DNA of 24,000 bases from Achromobacter sp. M1 (lineage in GTDB: Bacteria > Pseudomonadota > Gammaproteobacteria > Burkholderiales > Burkholderiaceae_B). The stretch spans positions 3,209,173 to 3,233,172 of the forward strand of contig CP159308.1 in NCBI GenBank assembly GCA_046736065.1. The letters are read 5' to 3'. Shown here one piece after another: positions 16,164-24,000 of this stretch. The notes beneath the pieces were generated by a model. It ran no database searches, had not been told where the DNA came from, and saw only the letters and a list, made by a program, of their open reading frames with translations. Position 1 is the first letter of the stretch. The number at the start of each line of letters is the position of its first letter. The position numbers and the translations under genes were made by a program.

Positions 16164-17063
16164 CTACCCCCCATCCGAAGCCCGCAACTCTTCAAACAAC
16201 CAATCCTTGAATCGCACGATCTTCTCCGTCCGGCGCTCGTTGATCCGTTGCGAGAAAAAATGCGTTTCACGCAGAATTCGCTCGAACTCGTTGCGGCCGG
16301 CCTCGACCAGTTCGCCGCGGGCCAGTTCGCGTTCGGCGAAGCGGGTCGTCTCCAAAATGACGCCCATGCCGTCCACCGCCGCGGATACCGACAATGCGCC
16401 GCGGTCGAAGGATGGCCGGTTGCGCTGCGGCAGGTTCAGTCCGTTCAGTGAAAACCAGTCGTGCCAGCTGACCTGGCTCAAGGATGAATCGATGAGCGGC
16501 AGTTCGGTCATGAGCTGCCGCCAGTTGCGCCTGCGGCCCTTGAGCGAGGGCGCGCACATCGGCACGATGGCCTCGCATCCGAGGGGCGTGATTTCGATGC
16601 CGGGACGCTGCAGCGCCACGCCATAAGAGATTGCGATGTCCAGCTCGCGGGCCTGCGTCAGGTCCATGGGTTCGGCGCCGCTGGACAGGCGGATCGTAAT
16701 GTCGGGGTTGTCGGTCATGAAGCCCGGCAGGCGCGGCCCCAGCCATTTCACCGCGAGGCTGGGGGCGCAATAGACGGAAAGAACCTGGCCGCTGGGCGCC
16801 AGGCTGACTTCCGCGCAACAGGCTTCCAGGGCGTCCATGATGCGCGTCAGGCTCTGAAGCAGGCGATGCCCTTCGGGCGTCGGTTCGACGCGCCGGTGGC
16901 TGCGCCTGAACAGGGATGTGCCGAAGTTTTCTTCCAGTTCACGTATCTGGTGGCTGATTGCCGAGGGCGTCAGATGCAGTTCGTGCGCCGCGAGGGTGAA
17001 GCTCTCCAGCCGGGCGGCGGCTTCGAACGCGCGCAGCAGGACGAAGTTCGGGATTTTTCTCAT
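16164..17063 (-). CDS. LysR-family transcriptional regulator (GcvA-like subgroup)
   Basis: ATG at 17063 (MRKIPNFVLLRAFEAAARLESFTLAAHELHLTPSAISHQIRELE), followed by a substrate-binding domain. The longer ORF-track start at 17189 is rejected. Confidence 0.9.
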   Translation of the reverse strand: MRKIPNFVLLRAFEAAARLESFTLAAHELHLTPSAISHQIRELEENFGTSLFRRSHRRVEPTPEGHRLLQSLTRIMDALEACCAEVSLAPSGQVLSVYCAPSLAVKWLGPRLPGFMTDNPDITIRLSSGAEPMDLTQARELDIAISYGVALQRPGIEITPLGCEAIVPMCAPSLKGRRRNWRQLMTELPLIDSSLSQVSWHDWFSLNGLNLPQRNRPSFDRGALSVSAAVDGMGVILETTRFAERELARGELVEAGRNEFERILRETHFFSQRINERRTEKIVRFKDWLFEELRASDGG

Positions 17064-17093
17064 AGGGCCTTTGCCGGCAGCCGGATTTTCATG

Positions 17094-17106
17094 TGAATGC
17101 CATTCA
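17094..17106. promoter_or_regulatory. LysR-type T-N11-A box TGAATGCCATTCA (dyad TGAAT-GCC-ATTCA) in the divergent LysR/aldolase intergenic region
   Basis: A perfect 5-3-5 palindrome matching T-N11-A lies 31 bp upstream of the LysR start. Confidence 0.5.
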
Positions 17107-17230
17107 TCCAAACGTGAACATCTATCGGTTGTCATCATGTTAGCGCTGATCGAACATTCTGAGGTCCGGCGACGGATGGGCGCGCCCATCTTGTGCGCCG
17201 CATCGGGTTTACTTCAGAAGAGGATTCATC

Positions 17231-18088
17231 ATGTCAGCCATACCAGACCGCGCCATGCCGCCTCGATCCAGCCAGCCGCTGCTGGCCGATGGCCGTGTTT
17301 CGATTTACCAGCCCGAGCAGCAGGGGCTGATCTACCCTGAGCTGCCCGCGTTCTCCAGCGCGGCCGAAGAGCGGCTGCATCTCAAGCAGCGGCTGGTGGC
17401 GGCGTGCCGCGCGTTCGCGCTGGAGGGCTTCGATTACGGTTTCGCCGGCCACCTGACGGTGCGCGATCCCGAGCATCCGGAGCTGTACTGGACCAATCCC
17501 ATGTGCGTGCATTTCAGCCAGGTGAAGGTGTCGAACCTGATCCTGGCCGACCACAAGGGCAAGGTCGTGGAGGGCAGGCACGCCATCAACCGGGCCGGCT
17601 TCGTGCTGCATGCCGCCGTGCACGAGGCGCATCCGGACATCGTGGCGATGTGCCACGCGCATACCGTATATGGAACCGCCTTCGCGGCGCTGGGGCGGCC
17701 GCTGGAACCCATATCCCAGGATGCCGCGGCGTTCTTCGAGGACCACGTGGTCATCAAGAGCGAGGCGGGCCAGGTTGCGGTGGAAGAGCGCGCCGGACTG
17801 GCGGTCTGCGACTGGTTCAAGGGCGTGAAAGCGGCCATCCATCAGAACCACGGCTTGTTGACGGCCAGCCGGCACAGCATCGAATCGGCCGCGTTCTGGT
17901 TCATTGCGCTGGAGCGGTGCTGCCGCCAGCAGCTGATGGTCGAGGCGACGGGCATCAAGCCGGCGCTGGTCAGCGCAGAACGTTCACGCTACAGCCGGGA
18001 GCACGTGGGCTCCGAATACATCGGCTGGCTGCACTTCCAGCCGATTTACGACCATCTGGCGCTATCCCAGCCCGACATGTTCGACTGA
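17231..18088 (+). CDS. Class II aldolase/adducin-family protein
   Basis: 285 aa, with ATG at 17231 after GAGGA. ..GFDYGFAGHLTVRDPE...INRAGFVLHAAVHEAHPDIVAMCHAHTVYGTAFAALG.. shows His-rich metal-site spacing typical of the family. Confidence 0.85.
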   Translation: MSAIPDRAMPPRSSQPLLADGRVSIYQPEQQGLIYPELPAFSSAAEERLHLKQRLVAACRAFALEGFDYGFAGHLTVRDPEHPELYWTNPMCVHFSQVKVSNLILADHKGKVVEGRHAINRAGFVLHAAVHEAHPDIVAMCHAHTVYGTAFAALGRPLEPISQDAAAFFEDHVVIKSEAGQVAVEERAGLAVCDWFKGVKAAIHQNHGLLTASRHSIESAAFWFIALERCCRQQLMVEATGIKPALVSAERSRYSREHVGSEYIGWLHFQPIYDHLALSQPDMFD

Positions 18089-18159
18089 GCAAGGCCGCGG
18101 TCGGACGCCGGCGCGGCGCTCGTTCGCGCCGGTTCAAAAAGAATACTTGGAGACAACCT

Positions 18160-19476
18160 ATGTACAGCGATATCGCTGGGCCCAGCCTCGCCCGTACCGA
18201 TGACGAAGGCGCGACCTATTCCAAGGTTGCGTGGCGGCTGCTTCCGTTTCTGTTCCTATGCTATGTCTGCGCGTATCTCGATCGAATCAACGTCAGCTTC
18301 GCCAAGCTGCAGATGTCGAGCGATCTGGGTTTCAGCGACGCCGTCTATGGATTGGGCGCGGGGATTTTTTTCGTCGGCTATCTGCTGTTCGAGGTGCCGA
18401 GCAACATCATCCTGTTGAAGGTCGGCGCGCGGCGCTGGATCGCGCGCATCATGGTCACGTGGGGCATTATTTCCGCCGGGATGATGTTCGTGTCGGGGCC
18501 GGTCAGCTTTTATATCCTGCGCTTCCTGCTGGGCGTGGCGGAGGCGGGCTTCATTCCCGCGATCCTGCTGTACCTGACCTACTGGTTCCCGAACAAGCGC
18601 CGCAGCAAGGTGACGGCCCTGTTCCTTACCGGTATTCCGATGTCCGGCGTCATCGGCGGGCCGTTGTCGGGATGGATCATGCACCGGTTCGATGGCGCGG
18701 CCGGCTGGGCCGGCTGGCAGTGGCTGTTCCTGCTGGAAGGATTGCCCACGCTGCTGGTCGGGGCGATGGCGTGGTTCTATCTGGACGACAAGGTCGCCGA
18801 TGCGAAGTGGCTCACCGAGGCCGAGAAGGCGCGCATCCAGCGCGACCTGGCGGCCGAACAGCAGGGCCAGCATCTGCATTCGATCCGCGACGGGCTGACC
18901 AATCCCAAGGTGCTGCTGCTGAGCTGTCTCTACTTTTTCTTCACGATGGGGCTGTACGGCATCAGCTTCTGGCTGCCCAGCCTGGTGAAGGCCAGCGGCG
19001 TGACGGACAACTTCGACGTCGGACTGCTGTCGGCCGTGCCTTATCTGGCGGCCACGATAGGCATGATTCTGTTCAGCCGGAGTTCCGATGCGACGGGCGA
19101 GCGCCGCTGGCATTTGTTTGCGGCGGGCGGGCTTGCCGCGATAGGCCTGTACGGCAGCGTGGTGTACGCCCATAACACGACCTTCGCGCTGATCGCCCTG
19201 ACGATTGGCACGGTCGGCGTGATGGCCTCGATTTCGCAGTTCTGGGTGTTGCCGCCGGCCATCCTGAGCGGCGGGGCGGCCGCGGCCGGCATCGCGCTGG
19301 TCAATTCGGTGGGCAGCGTCTCGGGTGTGGTCAGCCCTTACCTGATCGGCTGGGCGCAGACCGCGACCGCCAGCACCGGCGCGGGCGTGCTTGCCCTGGT
19401 GGCTTGCCTGGTGTTCGGCAGCCTGCTGGTGTTCGCGGTGCCGGCCAAGCTGGTGAACGTGCGCCGCTCAGCGTAG
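18160..19476 (+). CDS. MFS transporter, anion:cation symporter (ACS) type (tartrate/phthalate-permease-like)
   Basis: ATG at 18160 after GGAGA. MYSDIAGPS...WRLLPFLFLCYVCAYLDRINVSFAKLQMSSDLGFSDAVYGLGAGIFFVGYLLFEVPSN is the canonical ACS N-terminus. About 12 TM segments. The 690-aa ORF-track version is an upstream read-through artefact. Confidence 0.9.
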   Translation: MYSDIAGPSLARTDDEGATYSKVAWRLLPFLFLCYVCAYLDRINVSFAKLQMSSDLGFSDAVYGLGAGIFFVGYLLFEVPSNIILLKVGARRWIARIMVTWGIISAGMMFVSGPVSFYILRFLLGVAEAGFIPAILLYLTYWFPNKRRSKVTALFLTGIPMSGVIGGPLSGWIMHRFDGAAGWAGWQWLFLLEGLPTLLVGAMAWFYLDDKVADAKWLTEAEKARIQRDLAAEQQGQHLHSIRDGLTNPKVLLLSCLYFFFTMGLYGISFWLPSLVKASGVTDNFDVGLLSAVPYLAATIGMILFSRSSDATGERRWHLFAAGGLAAIGLYGSVVYAHNTTFALIALTIGTVGVMASISQFWVLPPAILSGGAAAAGIALVNSVGSVSGVVSPYLIGWAQTATASTGAGVLALVACLVFGSLLVFAVPAKLVNVRRSA

Positions 19477-20181
19477 CGGCGACAGGCCTGGGCGGGCTCG
19501 CGCTTCCGGTTCCGGACTTTGCGCAAAGAGCTCGTCCAGTTTGGCGAGCAGGTTGGAGCGGGCGAGTTCGATATGCCGGTCGCTGAGCTGGACTGCGCGC
19601 GCCGCGTCGCCCTGGCCGATGGCCTGCGCGATCGCGGCATGTTCGTCCCAGATCGTGTCGCGGTGCGGCGATACCCGGTGCACGGCGCCCATGACGCGGC
19701 GCAGGTGCACCCAGTAGTGGTCGGCGCTTTGCGCGATCAGCGGGTTGCCGGAGGCGGCATAAATGGCGGAGTGAAACGCCAGGTCCGTGTCGATGATGGC
19801 TTTCAGGTCCTGTTTCAGGACCGCGCGGCGGCCGGCCTCGATCAGTTCGGGATCCAGTTGACAGCGGGCCTCGGCGGCCAGCCGGACCGCCAGGGCGTCC
19901 AGGGCGCCGCGGACCTGGTAGAGGTGGCCGACCCATTCGGGCTTCAGTTGCGCGACTTGCACGCCCCGGCCCGGCGCGTCTTCGATGAAGCCGTCTTTCT
20001 TGAGCAGCAGCAGCGCCTGCAGCACGGGCGAGCGCGACACATGGAGCTGGTCGGCGATTTCTTCCTGGGTGATCCGCTGGCCCGGGCCGATGGAGCCGTC
20101 CGTGATGGCGTCGAGCAGCACACGGTAGACGGTATCGACGAAATCGGTTCGCGACGGGATTTTCTCGAGGGGCAGGCGCAT
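19468..20181 (-). CDS. GntR-family (FadR-type C-domain) transcriptional regulator
   Basis: ATG at 20181 (MRLPLEKIPSRTDFVDTVYRVLLDAITDGSIGPGQRITQEEIADQLHVSRSPVLQALLLLKKDGFIE), followed by an all-helical FCD-type C-domain. 237 aa. Confidence 0.9.
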   Translation of the reverse strand: MRLPLEKIPSRTDFVDTVYRVLLDAITDGSIGPGQRITQEEIADQLHVSRSPVLQALLLLKKDGFIEDAPGRGVQVAQLKPEWVGHLYQVRGALDALAVRLAAEARCQLDPELIEAGRRAVLKQDLKAIIDTDLAFHSAIYAASGNPLIAQSADHYWVHLRRVMGAVHRVSPHRDTIWDEHAAIAQAIGQGDAARAVQLSDRHIELARSNLLAKLDELFAQSPEPEARARPGLSPLR

Positions 20182-20323
20182 GGGGGCGATTCTACCTTGC
20201 AAGGGGTGGCTGAAACGGCAGTGGGCCGGGCGCGGACGCGGCCGCCGGTTTACATCCGGACACCGCGGCGCAGGGAAAACCCTGGATCTGCCATACCGCA
20301 ATTTACTATATTCTTCGAATACC

Positions 20324-20343
20324 GAACTCTGAATACAGAGTTC
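20324..20343. promoter_or_regulatory. Perfect dyad GAACTCTG-AATA-CAGAGTTC (plus an extra AGAGTTC at 20344-20350) in the GntR/oxygenase divergent region; candidate GntR operator
   Basis: 8-bp perfect palindrome arms sit in an AT-rich intergenic stretch 49 bp upstream of the oxygenase ATG. Confidence 0.45.
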
Positions 20344-20391
20344 AGAGTTCAAAATAATGCGCATTTCCGCGCTTTTCCAGAGAGACATCAA

Positions 20392-21949
20392 ATGAGCCCC
20401 AAGATCCAGGAACAGTTTGGCCGCGACCCTCACACCAGCGCGGGCGGGACGACAGAGAAGAAGCTGGTCCCTTTCGGCGGGTACTACACCAACAGGATCC
20501 CGGGGCATGATCCGGAGCTGACCGAAGTGGGGCCGGGCACGCCGGCCGGCGAGTACCTGCGCCGCTTCTGGCATCCGATCTGCATGTCGATGGAGCTGAC
20601 CGACACGCCGCGCTTCCTGAAGATCATGGGCGAGGAACTGGTGGCGTTCCGCGACGGCAGCGGCCGCATCGGGGTGCTGCACGCGCATTGCGTGCATCGC
20701 GGCGCTTCGCTGGAATACGGCAAGATCGAACAGCACGGCATTTCCTGCTGCTATCACGGCATGGTCTTCGACGTGGACGGAACCTGTCTGCGCGTGCCGT
20801 TCCCGGAAGGCGAGGAGGAAGAGGGCGAGCGCTATCGCTGCTCGATCAGGCAGGGCGCCTACAAGGCCTTCGAGCGCAATGGCCTGGTCTTCGCCTACAT
20901 GGGCCCGCCCGAACAGGAACCGCCGTTTCCGCAGTGGGAAGGCGACTTCACCGTCGCCGAGGGCGACGAACTGGTGCCCTACAGCAATTTCCAGCACTGC
21001 AACTGGCTGCAGGTCCAGGACAACGCGGCCGACAACTATCACACCATGGCGCTGCACGCGAAACGTCAGGTCACCGGCGAACACTGTCGGGCACCACGTT
21101 CGACGAAGTGGGCGCGGCGACGATGGAAGTGCCGCCCGACATGCAGTTCGTGCCCGTGCACGGCGGCCGCGGCCTGGCCTGCGCGGGCGCGCGCCGGGCC
21201 GACGACGGCCATATGCACATCCGCGTGCAGCACCAGGTGCTGCCCAACTTCAGCCTGCACGCCTACACCTCGGAAGACGGCAAGAAGAAAAAGCTGTTCA
21301 GCCGCTTCCACATGATCCGCTGGACCGTTCCCGTCGACGACCACAACAGCAAGATGATCGGCTGGCGCGTGATGGGGCCGGGCATCGACACGCGCGGCAT
21401 CGGCGACAAGAGCCTGGTCGGCTACGAGACGATCGATTTTCTGGAAGGGCAGGTGGCGATGCGCCGCCCGAGCGGTTCGGCAAATACAAGCTGGAGGACA
21501 TGCCGCCCATTCCCTCGGATCACCGCGCCCGGGAAAACTACAAGGACGCCCAGTACGCGCCGGGCGACTACGAGGCGATCATCAGCCAGCGGCCCATCGC
21601 GATCCACGCGCTGGAGAACCCCACGAAATTCGACGCGGGCCTGTATGTGTTCCGCAAGCTGCTGCGCGATGCGATCCGGGGATCCAACCCCAATGCCGGT
21701 CCCGAGCAATTCGCCCAATGGCTGCGCGAGTGCGCGGGGCATCCCAACAGCTATTGCTCGGGCAATGTGTTCGACCTGCCCGTGGGACGCACGACGCAGG
21801 AGGAAGTGACGCTGCGCCGCCATCTGGCCCGCCAGGTGGTGCAGATCCTGACCGAAGCCGACGGCATGAAGGGCGATGAACGGGCCGGCTTCGTCATGGA
21901 AAAAATGGAGGCATTGCAGCAGGACGTACTCGCGCGGAGGCAGGCGTGA
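20392..21949 (+). pseudogene. Rieske non-heme iron oxygenase, alpha subunit (phthalate-family type); two 1-nt frame breaks (about 21080-21085 and 21468-21472)
   Basis: The Rieske motif is CVHRGASLEYGKIEQHGISCCYHG. The mononuclear Fe motif is NWLQVQDNAADNYHTMALH. The protein continues through three frames (..GEH|LSGTTFDEV...GQVAMRRP|ERFGKYKLEDMPP...) to the stop at 21947-21949. Confidence 0.85.
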
Positions 21950-22949
21950 ACGCGCCGCTGCCGCAAGGCGTGGTGATGGACGGCCGCGCCGGGACGGAGC
22001 TGCTGCAATTGCGGGTCCGCGGAATACGGATGCAGGCCGAAGGCATCCACGCCTTCGAGCTGGTCCACCCCGAAGGCCTGCCGCTGCCGGCGGTGGAGGC
22101 GGGCGCGCACGTCGACGTGCACCTGGCCGGGGACTGATGCGTTCCTATTCCCTGGCTGGCGATCCGCAGGACAGGTCGCGCTGGATTCTGGGCGTGCTGC
22201 GCGAACCCAAAGGGCGCGGCGGGTCGCGGGCCATGCATGAGTCGCTGCGGGTCGGGGACCTGCTGCCCGTGGGAATGCCGCGCAATGCGTTTGCGCTGGC
22301 GCCGGATTCCGGCCACGCCATCCTGCTGGCCGGCGGGATAGGCGTGACGCCGCTCAAGGCCATGGCGCACGTGCTGGCCCGGGCCGGGCGGTCGTTCGAG
22401 TTCCACTATTGTGCGCGCACCGCGCAGCACGCGGCCTTCGTCGACGAGCTGCGCCAACTGGTTCCCGAGCGCGCGCTGCATCTGCATTTCGATGGCGGCG
22501 ACTTCACGCGCGGATTGGACATCAAGGCCCTGCTGGCGCATCCCGGCGCAGGCCACCACGTCTATTACTGCGGCCCCGGCGGCTTCATGCAGGCATGCGC
22601 CGACGCGACGCAGCATTGGCCGCCCGGCACGGTGCATAGCGAACACTTCAAGGCGCCCGAGCGTCCCGCGTCCGAGGCGCCGCCCAGCGGCGGCTTCGAA
22701 GTCAGGCTGGCCAGGGCCGGCATTTCCGTGATGGTCGAGCCGGACCAGACGATCGTGCGCGCCATCGAACTGGCCGGCCACCGCGTGCCGACTTCATGCC
22801 TGTCCGGCTTGTGCGGCGCCTGCAAGGTCGAGTACCTGGAAGGGGAAGTCGACCACAGGGACTACATCCTGAGCGACGAGGAAAAAAGCCACTGCCTCAC
22901 CGTCTGCTGCTCGCGCGCGACGAGTTCGTGCCTGGTGCTGGACCTGTAG
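21946..22949 (+). pseudogene. PDR-type oxidoreductase (FMN/NAD-binding domain plus C-terminal plant-type 2Fe-2S ferredoxin); 1-nt frame break in a G4 run at 22129-22132
   Basis: The GTG start overlaps the oxygenase stop (GTGA). Features are ..HVDVHLAG|GLMRSYSLAGDP.. (RxYS flavin motif), LLAGGIGVTPL, and the 2Fe-2S cluster motif CLSGLCGACKV...CCS. Confidence 0.85.
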
Positions 22950-22981
22950 CGGGATCGGCGCAGCCGCCCGGCGCGTGGCCG

Positions 22982-23817
22982 TCACTCGATGGCGCTTCTG
23001 TGCCGGGCCGCGATCTTGATCGCCTTGTTCGCATCCGCGGCCACCTTTTCGTAGTACGCGCGGGTCGGCGAAAAACGGGCAGCACTTTGCGTTCGTCGAA
23101 GTTCTTGACCGAATCGTTGACCAGCTTGATCTGCACGTACCTGGCCTTGGCGTTCTGCACTTCCAGAGTGGCCCAGTTGCGGCAATCCATGAAGCCGGCG
23201 GAAAAGTTCGCGGTCCTGGTGGAGCCGGCCGGCACGCCGCCCTTGGATTGGTAGTAGCCATGGACGCGGCAATGCCGGTCCGAGGTCTGTTCGTCGTTGA
23301 TGAACAGCCACGCGTCCCAGTCGGCCGATGCGATGTTGTAGCGGCTGGCGTTGGCCACTTCGTAGCTGAAGTTGACTTCGGAGAAGAGCGACCGGTCGGT
23401 TTTCAGGTCCAGGGCTTTGGCGGTGACTTTCGCGAGCTCGGCTTCGGCCTGCTGCACCAGTTTTTCTTCCTTGGCGAACCTGTCGGCGTTGTGCGTGATG
23501 GCGGCCTGGGCGTTGGCCGCCTCCTGGGTCTTGCCGCGGATGTATTCCTCGCTTTCGCCGACGATGATGGAACGCGGCGTGAGGCCGGGATATTTTTCGG
23601 CGAGCTGTTCCAGGCTGAAGCCGTTGGCCACCCAGCTGCCGACAGCCCAGTTGTACGCGTCCTGCTGCGCAGCCGTCATGTCGGGCCAGGCCTTGTCCAG
23701 CGATGCGCGGTAGGCCTGCGCGTTCTGCGTGGACAGCCGCAGGTCCACGCCTTTGTCGCATCCGGCAAGTGACGCGACGATTCCGAGCAACAGCAGTCCG
23801 CGGCGGGCTTTCAACAT
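22982..23817 (-). pseudogene. Lipoprotein of unknown function; 1-nt frame break in an A5/T5 run at 23071-23075
   Basis: Signal peptide plus lipobox MLKARRGLLLLGIVASLAGC. Restoring one T joins ..DERKVLPVF|SPTRAYYEKVAADANKAIKIAARHRSAIE*. Confidence 0.7.
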
Positions 23818-23908
23818 GTTTCTATTCTCGATTATTCGTAACGGGCGTTAATGTACCCCCAATCCTAGTAATCTGGGACGGCCTGCGAATCGAATAAGAG
23901 GAGACTGC

Positions 23909-24000
23909 AATGAGTCATGTATACGTCGTTGGCGTGGGCATGGTCCCCTTCGCCAAGCCCGGCCGGCACGCGCCTTACCACGAGATGGCGGCGCAGGCGG
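23909..24000 (+). CDS. Thiolase-like protein (acetyl-CoA acetyltransferase / lipid-transfer-protein type), N-terminal 30 codons; continues beyond window
   Basis: ATG at 23909 after AAGAGGAG. MSHVYVVGVGMVPFAKPGRHAPYHEMAAQA is a typical thiolase-like N-terminus. Confidence 0.6.

Noticed and set aside
17404-18159. N-terminal 252 codons of the 690-aa ORF that ends as the MFS transporter
   Set aside because: This is the out-of-frame shadow of the aldolase gene, with an Arg/Gly/Pro-rich translation. The transporter has a canonical start at 18160 with its own RBS.
19331-19936. 201-aa Pro/Arg/Gly-rich ORF on the minus strand
   Set aside because: It overlaps the MFS and GntR coding regions out of frame with a low-complexity translation. 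It is a high-GC artefact.
20182-21084. Upstream extension of the GntR ORF to 538 aa, antisense to the oxygenase gene
   Set aside because: The extension has no family resemblance and lies antisense to a clearly recognisable Rieske oxygenase. The GntR HTH begins right after the Met at 20181.
23853-23860. An additional GGGGGTAC copy (reverse orientation) upstream of the thiolase-like gene
   Set aside because: It is a single isolated copy far outside the island with no phased partner. It is treated as chance and recorded as a caveat on the motif-enrichment argument.
1-24000. Search for CRISPR arrays, rRNA, retron-like or other regularly spaced repeats
   Set aside because: No regularly spaced repeat arrays or rRNA-like conserved blocks were seen. 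The only repeats found are the att-like units, IS termini/TSD, GGGGGTAC boxes and local hairpins listed above.

Overview
This is a GC-rich proteobacterial chromosome segment. Gene content and codon style look Burkholderiales-like, but that is only an impression. The left flank holds the 3' part of a CPBP/CAAX-type membrane protease and an intact ychF. Directly after the ychF stop lies a ~14.5 kb integrated island (about 1564-16108). It is bounded by a 10-bp direct repeat (AACGTCTGAC) that copies the last codons plus stop of ychF. The island carries five modules. (1) A P4-type tyrosine integrase split by a complete IS66-family element with an 8-bp target duplication, TGTCAGCC. (2) A visibly AT-richer five-gene minus-strand operon, hsdR - orf125 - hsdS - PrrC-like ATPase/anticodon-nuclease candidate - hsdM, in which every gene junction is an ATGA stop/start overlap. 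(3) An excisionase-family HTH gene. (4) A second tyrosine recombinase. (5) An STY4528-type island replication protein. The right flank (16.1-24 kb) holds a LysR regulator, class II aldolase, ACS-type MFS transporter, GntR regulator, Rieske oxygenase plus PDR-type reductase, a lipoprotein and the start of a thiolase-like gene. At least 11 reading-frame breaks occur in 8 genes. Every one behaves as a single-base deletion, which points to a systematic sequencing/assembly artefact rather than genuine gene decay. The most interesting items are the type I R-M operon with two embedded extra genes (a PrrC-like abortive-infection nuclease candidate and an unassignable 125-aa protein with an N-terminal H-x-H motif) and the ychF-3'-end-targeting island that carries it. 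No rRNA, tRNA or CRISPR array was seen.
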